DNA from: Alkalispirochaeta sp.
GTDB lineage: Bacteria; Spirochaetota; Spirochaetia; DSM-27196; Alkalispirochaetaceae
Assembly: GCA_965242725.1 (NCBI GenBank)
Contig: CBDESZ010000031.1
Location: 1 to 64,000, forward strand
DNA length: 64,000 nucleotides
Direction of reading: 5' to 3'
In this document: positions 40,162 through 48,310 of the stretch, piece by piece
Position numbering within the stretch: position 1 is the stretch's first letter
How the letters are laid out: every line of letters begins with the position of its first letter
The notes under the pieces: model-generated
The model's database searches: none
What the model was told of the DNA's origin: nothing
The model's input: only the letters and a program-made list of their open reading frames with translations
Position numbers and translations under genes: made by a program

Positions 40162-42060
40162 ATGGAGACAAAGACGATTCCCCAGATACTGCAACAGATT
40201 GTAAACAGCTACCCCGACATCGCGGCGCAAATGAGCCGGAGCGAAGAAGGGCCGTTCACATCGCGCACGTACGCCGATCTGTATGGTGACGTCCAGATAT
40301 TCGCTGCAGGTCTGCGGAACCTTGGGGTGAAACGGGGTGATCACGTCGGTCTCATTTCGGAGAACAGAGTTGAGTGGTTTGTCACCGATCTCGCCGTATT
40401 GAGTCTCGGCGCTGCCGACGTACCGCGCGGGAATGACAGTACCGCCGATGAGCTCGCATTCATTCTTGGATTGCCTGAATGCGCCGTGGCGGTCGTCGAA
40501 AATGAGGGACAGCTGAAAAAGGTCCTGCATGTGGTCGATCAATTGCCGGCGCTGAAGCACCTTATTCTGCTTGAAGGTGAAATTGACGGAAAACCCGCCC
40601 GCGGCGTGAAGGGCCATCACTATTCCGAAGTATTTCAGGCGGGAGAGAAGCTGCTTGAAAAGGATCCGGCACTCATTGAGCAGGAAATTGCCGAAGGCGA
40701 ACCGGACGACGTGGCAACGATCATTTTCACCTCCGGGACAACGGGTGAACCAAAAGGTGTGATGCTGACGCACCGTAACTTCACGTATCAGGTGGGGTGC
40801 ATACCCGACCGGGTGCGCCTCGAGCCCGGAGATATCTGGCTGTGCGTCCTGCCGGTGTGGCACTCCTTTGAACGGATCGTGCAATACATCGCCCTTGGAA
40901 GCGCCACGACCCTGGCCTACTCCAAACCGATCGGAAAGATAATGCTCGCAGACATGGCGGAAATACGACCCAAGTGGATGGCGTCGGTCCCGCGCATATG
41001 GGAGGCGGTCCGGGCGGGTATTTACCGCAACATCCGCTCCCAGGGCGGTGCAAAGGAGGCACTATTTACCTTTTTTGTCTCAGTAGGCGGCACGCACAAG
41101 CACTTTTCCGACATGCTTCGCGGGCTCATTCCCGATTTTCGTCGCCGAAATCGGCTGGTTGACGCCCTCGTCGCGGTGGTGCCCCTCCTTCTATTGACTC
41201 CCCTGAAGGCGTTGGGAAATCTTCTGGTTTTCAAAAAGATCAAGGATAAGCTGGGAGGGCGCTTCGTCGCGGGCGTCTCCGGCGGCGGCGCTTTGCCCCC
41301 GGCGGTTGACGCATTTTTCGGTTCCGCGGGAGTCCTCCTTCTTGAAGGGTACGGCCTGACCGAGACGGCGCCGGTTCTAGCGGTTCGTCATCAAATGCGG
41401 CCCGTCCCCGGCACCGTCGGAGAGCTTCTCGGCGGAACGGAGTGTCAGATTCGCTCGGAGGAGGGGAGAATCCTTGCCCCCGGAGAAATGGGTATCATTT
41501 ATGTCCGTGGACCGCAGGTGATGCAGGGATATTACCGCCGACCGGCACTGACCAGCGCGGTCCTCGATGAGGACGGCTGGCTGAATACCGGCGACCTCGG
41601 CATGCTTTCCCATCGGGGTGAACTGAAAATCACCGGCCGCGCCAAAGATACGATCGTCCTCCTGGGCGGAGAAAACATCGAACCCCTGCCGATCGAGCAG
41701 AAACTGCAGGAAAGCGACCTTATTGAACGCGCCGTCGTCGTCGGACAGGACCAGAAATATCTCGCAGCCCTTATCTGTCCAAATATTGACGCCGTTACCG
41801 CCTATGCCGATGAGAACCACGTTCCCTACATGGAATCGGAAGACCTCCTTGAGAGTGAAGGAATTCGTGAACTGATCCAGGGGGAAGTGAGCAGCCTCGT
41901 GAATACCAGAACGGGGTTCAAGGGATTTGAGCTGATATACCGCACGACCCTCATTCCCGACGATTTCGAAGTTGGCAGAGAGCTGTCGGCAAAACAGGAG
42001 ATCAAACGCCACGTAATAGCCGAACGGTACCGCAAAGAGATCGACGCGCTGTTCAAGTGA
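40162..42060 (+). CDS. Long-chain fatty acid-CoA ligase (second paralog)
   Basis: FTSGTTGEPKG, EGYGLTET, GWLNTGD; start METKTIP after GGAGAG. Confidence 0.92.
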   Translation: METKTIPQILQQIVNSYPDIAAQMSRSEEGPFTSRTYADLYGDVQIFAAGLRNLGVKRGDHVGLISENRVEWFVTDLAVLSLGAADVPRGNDSTADELAFILGLPECAVAVVENEGQLKKVLHVVDQLPALKHLILLEGEIDGKPARGVKGHHYSEVFQAGEKLLEKDPALIEQEIAEGEPDDVATIIFTSGTTGEPKGVMLTHRNFTYQVGCIPDRVRLEPGDIWLCVLPVWHSFERIVQYIALGSATTLAYSKPIGKIMLADMAEIRPKWMASVPRIWEAVRAGIYRNIRSQGGAKEALFTFFVSVGGTHKHFSDMLRGLIPDFRRRNRLVDALVAVVPLLLLTPLKALGNLLVFKKIKDKLGGRFVAGVSGGGALPPAVDAFFGSAGVLLLEGYGLTETAPVLAVRHQMRPVPGTVGELLGGTECQIRSEEGRILAPGEMGIIYVRGPQVMQGYYRRPALTSAVLDEDGWLNTGDLGMLSHRGELKITGRAKDTIVLLGGENIEPLPIEQKLQESDLIERAVVVGQDQKYLAALICPNIDAVTAYADENHVPYMESEDLLESEGIRELIQGEVSSLVNTRTGFKGFELIYRTTLIPDDFEVGRELSAKQEIKRHVIAERYRKEIDALFK

Positions 42061-42106
42061 GTTCAAGTAAGGCGGCACATGCGGCGACGGTGTCCGGTCG
42101 GCGCGT

Positions 42107-42871
42107 TCACTCTGCCGCGCCGCTTCCCTCCATCACCTTCAACAGCGATTTCCATGCCGTGCCGCCCCGTTGCAACCCTTCGCCTTCAGCCTCGGCGGCA
42201 ATTTCCCGCCAGCGCCGGCGATGGTGGTCCCGCAACCATGGTGACACCATGGGGATTCTGTTGATGACGCCGCGACCGGCGACGTGCACCAGGGTTCGGT
42301 AGTGGGGAATGCACAGGCCCGTTCCGCCCTCCACTGCGTCGCGGAGGGTGACGTCGCCCTGATGCCTCAGAAGATTGCGTACAAATTGTTCGTTCCACCG
42401 TTCAATACGATCGCAAAGGGGACAATCGTGACGCGACGCGTGACGGCCTCGTTCGGCGGGGGTATGTTTCCCGTTCCGGGACTTTCGACGCCCGTTGACC
42501 CGTCGGAGCGATGAGGCAACGCCTTCCATGGCTGCGGATACCGGCGGGCCCAGCACCGGCAACAGCAAAACGCGCCGTTTCCGGCGTTCTATCCTGTCAA
42601 TCCAGGCGATGCGATGGGAGAGAAGGGGACCGTACAGCACCGTGACTGCCAGGCCGTCACGATGTCGTGAAAAATCGGCGACGTGGCGCGGACAGAATCC
42701 ATCGGTGGAAAGAAAGGCGTCCTGAAAACCTTCCGTACCGATTTGACCGTACAGAACGGAATCCCAGAATGCCTTTTCGGCTCGTGCCAGATACCCGCAG
42801 AGAGGACAGTCCTCCCGGTGGTCGCGAAACGACGCGAGGACCGCGTGATAGTCAATATGCGGCAATGCCAT
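42107..42871 (-). CDS. DUF6062-like protein with duplicated CxxC..CxxH metal-binding motifs
   Basis: CPLC..GFCPRH and CPLC..GLCIPH. Confidence 0.7.
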   Translation of the reverse strand: MALPHIDYHAVLASFRDHREDCPLCGYLARAEKAFWDSVLYGQIGTEGFQDAFLSTDGFCPRHVADFSRHRDGLAVTVLYGPLLSHRIAWIDRIERRKRRVLLLPVLGPPVSAAMEGVASSLRRVNGRRKSRNGKHTPAERGRHASRHDCPLCDRIERWNEQFVRNLLRHQGDVTLRDAVEGGTGLCIPHYRTLVHVAGRGVINRIPMVSPWLRDHHRRRWREIAAEAEGEGLQRGGTAWKSLLKVMEGSGAAE

Positions 42872-43008
42872 GGGTCAGAGTAGAAGTCGCTGCCGGAGAG
42901 GTCAAGGGAATCGGCTTGTACCCCCGATTCCTCTCCCTGCAACGTCACTTCCCCATCTTCCTTCACAAATCCAAAGACCGCCCCACAGGGGCGGTGACGC
43001 ATCGGAAC

Positions 43009-44445
43009 TTACCGGGTGCGGGGACGGGCGGCGCGGCCGTTGGAGCGGCGACCGCCGCCCGAGTCGCGACCGCCACCGGAAAACCCATTCCCTCCCGGAC
43101 GTCCGCCTCCGTTACGACGGCTCTGTCCGCCGCCGCGATTTGGTCCTCCATTGGAACGCTTCCGTTGCGGTGCCGGCGGCTCCTGATGGTAGACGTGGTT
43201 GGCATCCACGTCGACGGCTCCGCCCAGCAGCGCCTCAATTCGTCGAAAATCCTGCAGCTCCTCGCGGTCGCAGAAGCTCAGCGCCTCTCCCTCCATGCCG
43301 GCCCGGGCGGTCCGTCCGATGCGGTGAACGTACGTCTCCGGTTCGTTTGGAATTTCGTAGTTGATGACATGGGTTATGTCGTCCACGTCAATTCCCCTGG
43401 CGGCGACATCGGTTCCTACCAGAGCCTGAATCCTGCCCCGACGGAAACTCTCAAGCGCCCGCTGACGCTGGTTTTGCGTCCTGTTCCCGTGGATCTCATC
43501 GGAAGGGATACCCGCCTTTGAGAGGATCTTGGACACCCGCGCCGCGCGATGTTTTGTTCGAGTGAAGACAAGGACGCGAAACATCCCCCGTTCCTTGATC
43601 AGATCGGGCAGGAAGGAAATCTTGTCCTCCCGGTTCATGTGAAAGACGCTCTGCTTAATGCCCCTGGCAACCACCTTTCGGGGCGCGATTGCAACACGGG
43701 CGGCATTCGTACCGAGGAGTTCCTCCGCCAGATGCTCAATCTCCACCGGCATCGTCGCGGAAAAGAGTGCCGTCTGCTTCCTGTTCGCCACCATCGCGGC
43801 GATCCTGCGAACCTCGGGAATAAACCCCATGTCCAGCATGCGGTCGGCCTCATCAAGAATCAGGAACTCCACCCCGGAAAGATCGATGGCGTGCTCGGAA
43901 ATGAAATCCTGCAGACGCCCCGGCGTGGCGGTAAGCACCACCGGATTGCGGCGCAGCCCTTCAAGCTGTCGCCCCTTCGGCGCGCCGCCAAAAACGGCGA
44001 GATGGGAAATACCGCTGCCCCGTCCGTAGGTGGCCACGCTCGTGTCGATTTGAATCGCCAGCTCCCTCGTCGGCGCGAGAATGAGTGCTCTCGGACGGGC
44101 GGGGCCGCTGCGTCCCCTGTTTTTGTTTGTCGAACGCCCGGCGTCACGTCCGGCGTGACCGCCTCTGCCGTGACCGGTACCGCTTCGGGAGGCGCTTTCA
44201 GCGTTTCCAACCGGAAGGTCGTTACCGTCTTCCCGCCCCGTCGACATGAGAATATGAAGCAGAGGAAGGGTAAACGCCGCGGTCTTGCCGGTACCGGTCT
44301 GCGCGGTTCCGAGGAGGTTGACTCCCGTAAGCAGTGTCGGAATTGCCTGAGCCTGAATGTCCGTCGGCTGGGTATATCCCTCGCGGGTAACTGCCGCGAC
44401 CAGAGCCTCCGACAGTCCGAGCTCGGAAAAAGAATGAGATTGCAT
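43009..44445 (-). CDS. DEAD-box RNA helicase (RhlE-like)
   Basis: AQTGTGKT, PTRELA, DEAD, SAT, HRIGRTAR; RG-rich tail. Confidence 0.95.
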   Translation of the reverse strand: MQSHSFSELGLSEALVAAVTREGYTQPTDIQAQAIPTLLTGVNLLGTAQTGTGKTAAFTLPLLHILMSTGREDGNDLPVGNAESASRSGTGHGRGGHAGRDAGRSTNKNRGRSGPARPRALILAPTRELAIQIDTSVATYGRGSGISHLAVFGGAPKGRQLEGLRRNPVVLTATPGRLQDFISEHAIDLSGVEFLILDEADRMLDMGFIPEVRRIAAMVANRKQTALFSATMPVEIEHLAEELLGTNAARVAIAPRKVVARGIKQSVFHMNREDKISFLPDLIKERGMFRVLVFTRTKHRAARVSKILSKAGIPSDEIHGNRTQNQRQRALESFRRGRIQALVGTDVAARGIDVDDITHVINYEIPNEPETYVHRIGRTARAGMEGEALSFCDREELQDFRRIEALLGGAVDVDANHVYHQEPPAPQRKRSNGGPNRGGGQSRRNGGGRPGGNGFSGGGRDSGGGRRSNGRAARPRTR

Positions 44446-44691
44446 AATAGTCCTTTGTGAGTGAAACACGTCCCGCAGAGGGTCCACCAGATAATGTACG
44501 GAGGAAGGAGCGTCTTCTGGAGGAAAACGCGTGCTGAACGAAAGGATTCGTGCAAAATCCTGCGGGTTCGGCCAGGTCAGTCAACCGTTGCAATAAAAGA
44601 ACATAAAAAGAGCTTTCGTGTCAACATTGGTAACAATAATGTCACCGGCAGGTGTTACACTATAAAATACACAATCACAAAGGAGATCCGT

Positions 44692-45048
44692 ATGGGAGAA
44701 GTAGAACAGACGATTAACGCCGCCATAGAACAGGTAAAGGAATTGCTTACATCAGGCCGTGTCGTGGGTGATCCGATCAAGATCGGCGATGCCACAATCA
44801 TTCCCCTGGTGAGTATCGGATTCGGCTTTGGCGGCGGCGGATCAAAGGAAGAGAGCGAAGGTCGCGGCGCCGGAGCAGGGGGAGGCGTAAAGCCGGTAGC
44901 CCTTGTTGTTGCGGACAAAGACGGAGTACGGGTGGAACCGATTAAATCGATGGGTTCTTCCTTTGCCGCCTCGGTATCCGAGATCGTACGCACCGTTGCC
45001 GAAAATAAAGATGCCTTTCAGAAAAAGGATGATTCAGACAAGAAATAG
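44692..45048 (+). CDS. GerW/YtfJ family protein
   Basis: VVGDPI..TIIPLVSIGFGFGGGG..GAGAGGGVKPVA; AAGGAG SD. Confidence 0.88.
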   Translation: MGEVEQTINAAIEQVKELLTSGRVVGDPIKIGDATIIPLVSIGFGFGGGGSKEESEGRGAGAGGGVKPVALVVADKDGVRVEPIKSMGSSFAASVSEIVRTVAENKDAFQKKDDSDKK

Positions 45049-45051
45049 CGT

Positions 45052-45627
45052 ATGATCGTCCTCTGGATCGTCGGAAGTCTTGTCCTTTTTATTGTGCTCC
45101 TTCTCGCGGTACCCCTGGCGGTCGTATATGAACGTCCCGCTGAAGGGGATCCCGTGAAGATTGAGGTGTCCTGGCTGTACGGCGTCGTGCACATTCGTCT
45201 TACCGGCCGGCGCCCCCGGCCCGGTCCGGAAAAGGAGGAGCGCCGTGACGCGGCGGAAGGGGAGGAGAAAAAGAGGAAAAAGAAATTTTCCCTCCCCGAC
45301 GACGTCTCCGCAGCCGTCCGGGCATTCGGGCACCTCGTCCGGCGGATCATCGGGGCGATAGAACTGTCCCTGCAGGGGGATCTCTTCCTCGGCCTTGCCA
45401 ATCCGGCGGATACCGGAGCCGTTTGGGGAATGTCCCTGCCTCTCATCATGTGGATAGAAGAACGGACGGACCTGCACATATATCCCCATTTCTTCGGTCT
45501 CCGGTGCGACTACATCGGCAGGGGAAGGGTTGGAATGGTGCCCCTCAGGGTAGTGATTCCCGTCATCGCCTTCGTCGTCTCAACGCAGGGTCGGGCGCTG
45601 TTGCGGGCGTTCAGGAGTTCATCATGA
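45052..45627 (+). CDS. DUF2953 (YtfI-like) membrane-anchored protein
   Basis: N-terminal TM; GLANPADTG..G; follows ytfJ. Confidence 0.75.
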   Translation: MIVLWIVGSLVLFIVLLLAVPLAVVYERPAEGDPVKIEVSWLYGVVHIRLTGRRPRPGPEKEERRDAAEGEEKKRKKKFSLPDDVSAAVRAFGHLVRRIIGAIELSLQGDLFLGLANPADTGAVWGMSLPLIMWIEERTDLHIYPHFFGLRCDYIGRGRVGMVPLRVVIPVIAFVVSTQGRALLRAFRSSS

Positions 45628-45848
45628 TGCATGCTTCGTCGGTACGCGTCGTAACTCCGGCGATTACCCTCGGAGACGCGACCATAACCGTCACCTACGA
45701 GATACACGTCGTCGCGGTCGCCCATTTCCCCGGAACCGTCGGTGGTCTCGAGGCGGAACCCCGGAGCGTAACGGTCACCTCTTCCGGGGACGGACGGACC
45801 CTGGTACTTGCCGTAGGGGATGACGGTACTTCTGTCGCCGGGGAATAA
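45624..45848 (+). CDS. Small degenerate YtfJ-like protein
   Basis: AGGAG SD, ATGA overlap; VVTPAITLGDATITV aligns with VVGDPIKIGDATIIP. Confidence 0.6.
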   Translation: MMHASSVRVVTPAITLGDATITVTYEIHVVAVAHFPGTVGGLEAEPRSVTVTSSGDGRTLVLAVGDDGTSVAGE

Positions 45849-46034
45849 TGTCCTTCCTGCACGCGCAATCGAACTGCAGTGACATCCCGTAACTTATCCG
45901 CCCGTGATCCATCGTTGTCTTTTACCAATCGTAACTTACTTTTTTTGTAGCCCGCCCTACATATTGACAATACTGTGTTGATCAGGATGTTGAATTCCCC
46001 GCGAATGGTGTATATTTAAGACGGTTTACATAAG

Positions 46035-47705
46035 ATGCGGCGTAATAGGACGATTGACGCGTGTCTCGTTCCGTTAGTCCTTTTCATCTTTGTCAGTTCT
46101 TGTGTTTTACCCACCATTTCGAGCAGCGGCGTAGGACGGGATACAAAAGAAACTCCCTCATTTCAGTCCGGAACGGTACTTACCCAATACGGAAACTACA
46201 TTTACGCTCTTTCAAGCGACGGCGGGACGGACACGACGGTGAGCAGCGTCGCGATCGATTCCTCTTCCTTCGACGGAATACATGAGGACAGATGGTTTTC
46301 CCAGATCTCCGTACCGGAATACCGGGATCACGCAGCAGTTTTTACCGTCGGAAACAAAGTATATGTACTCGGAGGATATGATCGGTCCGGCCGTCCACGG
46401 GCGGATATTTTTTATACCTACATACGACAGAGCGACGGCCGCCTCGGATATGGTGTCCCGGGGGAATGGATGCGCAATCCTCGATCCCTTCCCTGGGGTC
46501 TTGCCGATACTGCATGGCTTGTTCACGACGGTACGGTTTTCCTTTTTGGAGGAAAGTCGGTACGTGGAGACGAAGACACCGTCTTGCGGGCGCGTATGTA
46601 TGCCGACGGACAGCTTGGGTACTGGTATACGAGCAAGTTCAAACTCACCTCCCCGAGACGGGGCGGCGACGCCGAGGTGTGGAACCGTCTGGGCGAGACG
46701 ATGGCGCTGGTCGCCGGCGGGGCGTCCGGTGGTCGGCCGGTAGATACGATCGATAGTTTTATTCTCGCATCAAGCGGATACATAACATCGATGATCCCTT
46801 CGTACGGACGTATGCCGTCGCCGACGTATTCTCCCCTTCTTCTATCCGACGGCGATGAATTGCTTCTTGGAAGCAACTTCCATGGGGAAAGTCCGGAACA
46901 CCGCTGGTATCGCTCCTCCGATGGAACGGAGTGGACTCCGATAGCTCGGTACGCTTCTGAAATCGCAGATTCTTCCCATGTTCGGAACTCGCAATCGGTG
47001 ATCTATCTCAGCAGGAATTCCGAAACTGACGGTTCGCTTGTAAAACGTGACATGAGCCTTACGCCGGCTCCTCCCGTCGTCCATCCAGGATCCGGTGTCA
47101 TCGCCCCAAACACTCCGATTCGGATTGCATCGGAGCCGGGGACGACGGTGCACTACCGTGTCGGTTTCTACGATGAAGATACCACGTCCGTTGATCGGAC
47201 TGATCCCATCTGGAACGACGGCGGTACGGTGACATCCGATCTATCCTATGTGTTCAGAGCCTTCGCGTCGGACGGCGAGGCGTCGTCTCCGGTGAGTCGT
47301 CGCTATCGGGTAAACGACAGGGGCCTTTTCATTGATGCGCAGGATCTGCCGGTACCGGACGGGAACCCCGAAAACGGCGTCGTCATTCCGGGCGGATGGT
47401 ATCGATTCAGTCCTGGCGGTGGCTCCTATGAGTTCTTCATAGCGCCGATGGACTATGACGAGGAATCTTTCAACGGTGTTCGTCCGCTTCTGAGCCTCTT
47501 TGAGCCGGATTTACAGACGCCGGTCTTGAATACGCTTGGAAATGCGATAGTCGATCTCGAGACGGACTTCGACATTCCGGTTGCATTTGATATTCCGCAA
47601 GGGGCGTTTTATTTCAACATACGTTCGGCAACCGACGGCTCCGGAGAATCGGAATCATACAGGATTTCGATCGTAAAGAAAGAGGAGGGGGCTGGTGGTA
47701 TGTAG
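46035..47705 (+). CDS. Lipoprotein: Kelch-like propeller, FN3-associated/chitobiase-C-like domain, C-terminal beta domain
   Basis: Lipobox FVSSC; VYVLGG, VFLFGG, LVAGG repeats; PPVVHPGSG..TVHY..S.V...Y. Confidence 0.75.
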   Translation: MRRNRTIDACLVPLVLFIFVSSCVLPTISSSGVGRDTKETPSFQSGTVLTQYGNYIYALSSDGGTDTTVSSVAIDSSSFDGIHEDRWFSQISVPEYRDHAAVFTVGNKVYVLGGYDRSGRPRADIFYTYIRQSDGRLGYGVPGEWMRNPRSLPWGLADTAWLVHDGTVFLFGGKSVRGDEDTVLRARMYADGQLGYWYTSKFKLTSPRRGGDAEVWNRLGETMALVAGGASGGRPVDTIDSFILASSGYITSMIPSYGRMPSPTYSPLLLSDGDELLLGSNFHGESPEHRWYRSSDGTEWTPIARYASEIADSSHVRNSQSVIYLSRNSETDGSLVKRDMSLTPAPPVVHPGSGVIAPNTPIRIASEPGTTVHYRVGFYDEDTTSVDRTDPIWNDGGTVTSDLSYVFRAFASDGEASSPVSRRYRVNDRGLFIDAQDLPVPDGNPENGVVIPGGWYRFSPGGGSYEFFIAPMDYDEESFNGVRPLLSLFEPDLQTPVLNTLGNAIVDLETDFDIPVAFDIPQGAFYFNIRSATDGSGESESYRISIVKKEEGAGGM

Positions 47706-47780
47706 AAATGAAGAGTGCTGAAAGGAAGGAAATGCAGGCGATAGCATGTGATATCGCGGACGCAGAGAAAGAGGCAGGTG

Positions 47781-48296
47781 ATGAAGCAAAAAATCGTTTT
47801 ATTTGGAGTCCTCGTCCTGACGCTATTGTTGCTCATTACGGCATGTGAAGAAGTAGTAAGCCCCCAAGAAGAGGGCGGTCCATTCCGGGTTACCTACCAT
47901 GAGAACGGCGCAAGTGGAAGTCCTCCCATTGACGGAAGTCTCTATGCAGAAGGGGCGACGGTAACGGTGCTGGGCAACGTCGGCTCTCCACCGTTGTCGA
48001 GAACGGGATATGCATTTGACGGGTGGAATACCCGACAGGACGGCCTCGGTACGGCCCGGGATCCCGGTTCGACATTTCCAATGCCAGCCTCCGATGTCGC
48101 TCTCCATGCCATGTGGAGGGATGACTCTTCCGGAGGTGACACCGGGGAAATCGATATCGTCGTGGACGACGGAGGTTCAGGCGAAGAGACCGGCGAAATA
48201 GTGGTCGTGATAGATGATGCAGATGAAGCTGGCGAGATTGACGTCGTCGTCAGTGACAATGTCACGTCGGGCAGCATTGGTGTGGAAGTGGAGTAG
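47781..48296 (+). CDS. Lipoprotein with one InlB B-repeat (Listeria-Bacteroides repeat) and four C-terminal G[ES]I-type strand repeats
   Basis: Lipobox LITAC; VTYHENG..RTGYAFDGWNT..DVALHAMW. Confidence 0.82.
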   Translation: MKQKIVLFGVLVLTLLLLITACEEVVSPQEEGGPFRVTYHENGASGSPPIDGSLYAEGATVTVLGNVGSPPLSRTGYAFDGWNTRQDGLGTARDPGSTFPMPASDVALHAMWRDDSSGGDTGEIDIVVDDGGSGEETGEIVVVIDDADEAGEIDVVVSDNVTSGSIGVEVE

Positions 48297-48310
48297 AGGA
48301 GAGGAACACG

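Noticed and set aside
37512..44460. Long antisense ORFs (37512..38690, 42667..43521, 43549..44460 and similar)
   Set aside because: Shadow frames of well-supported genes in GC-rich DNA; no motifs
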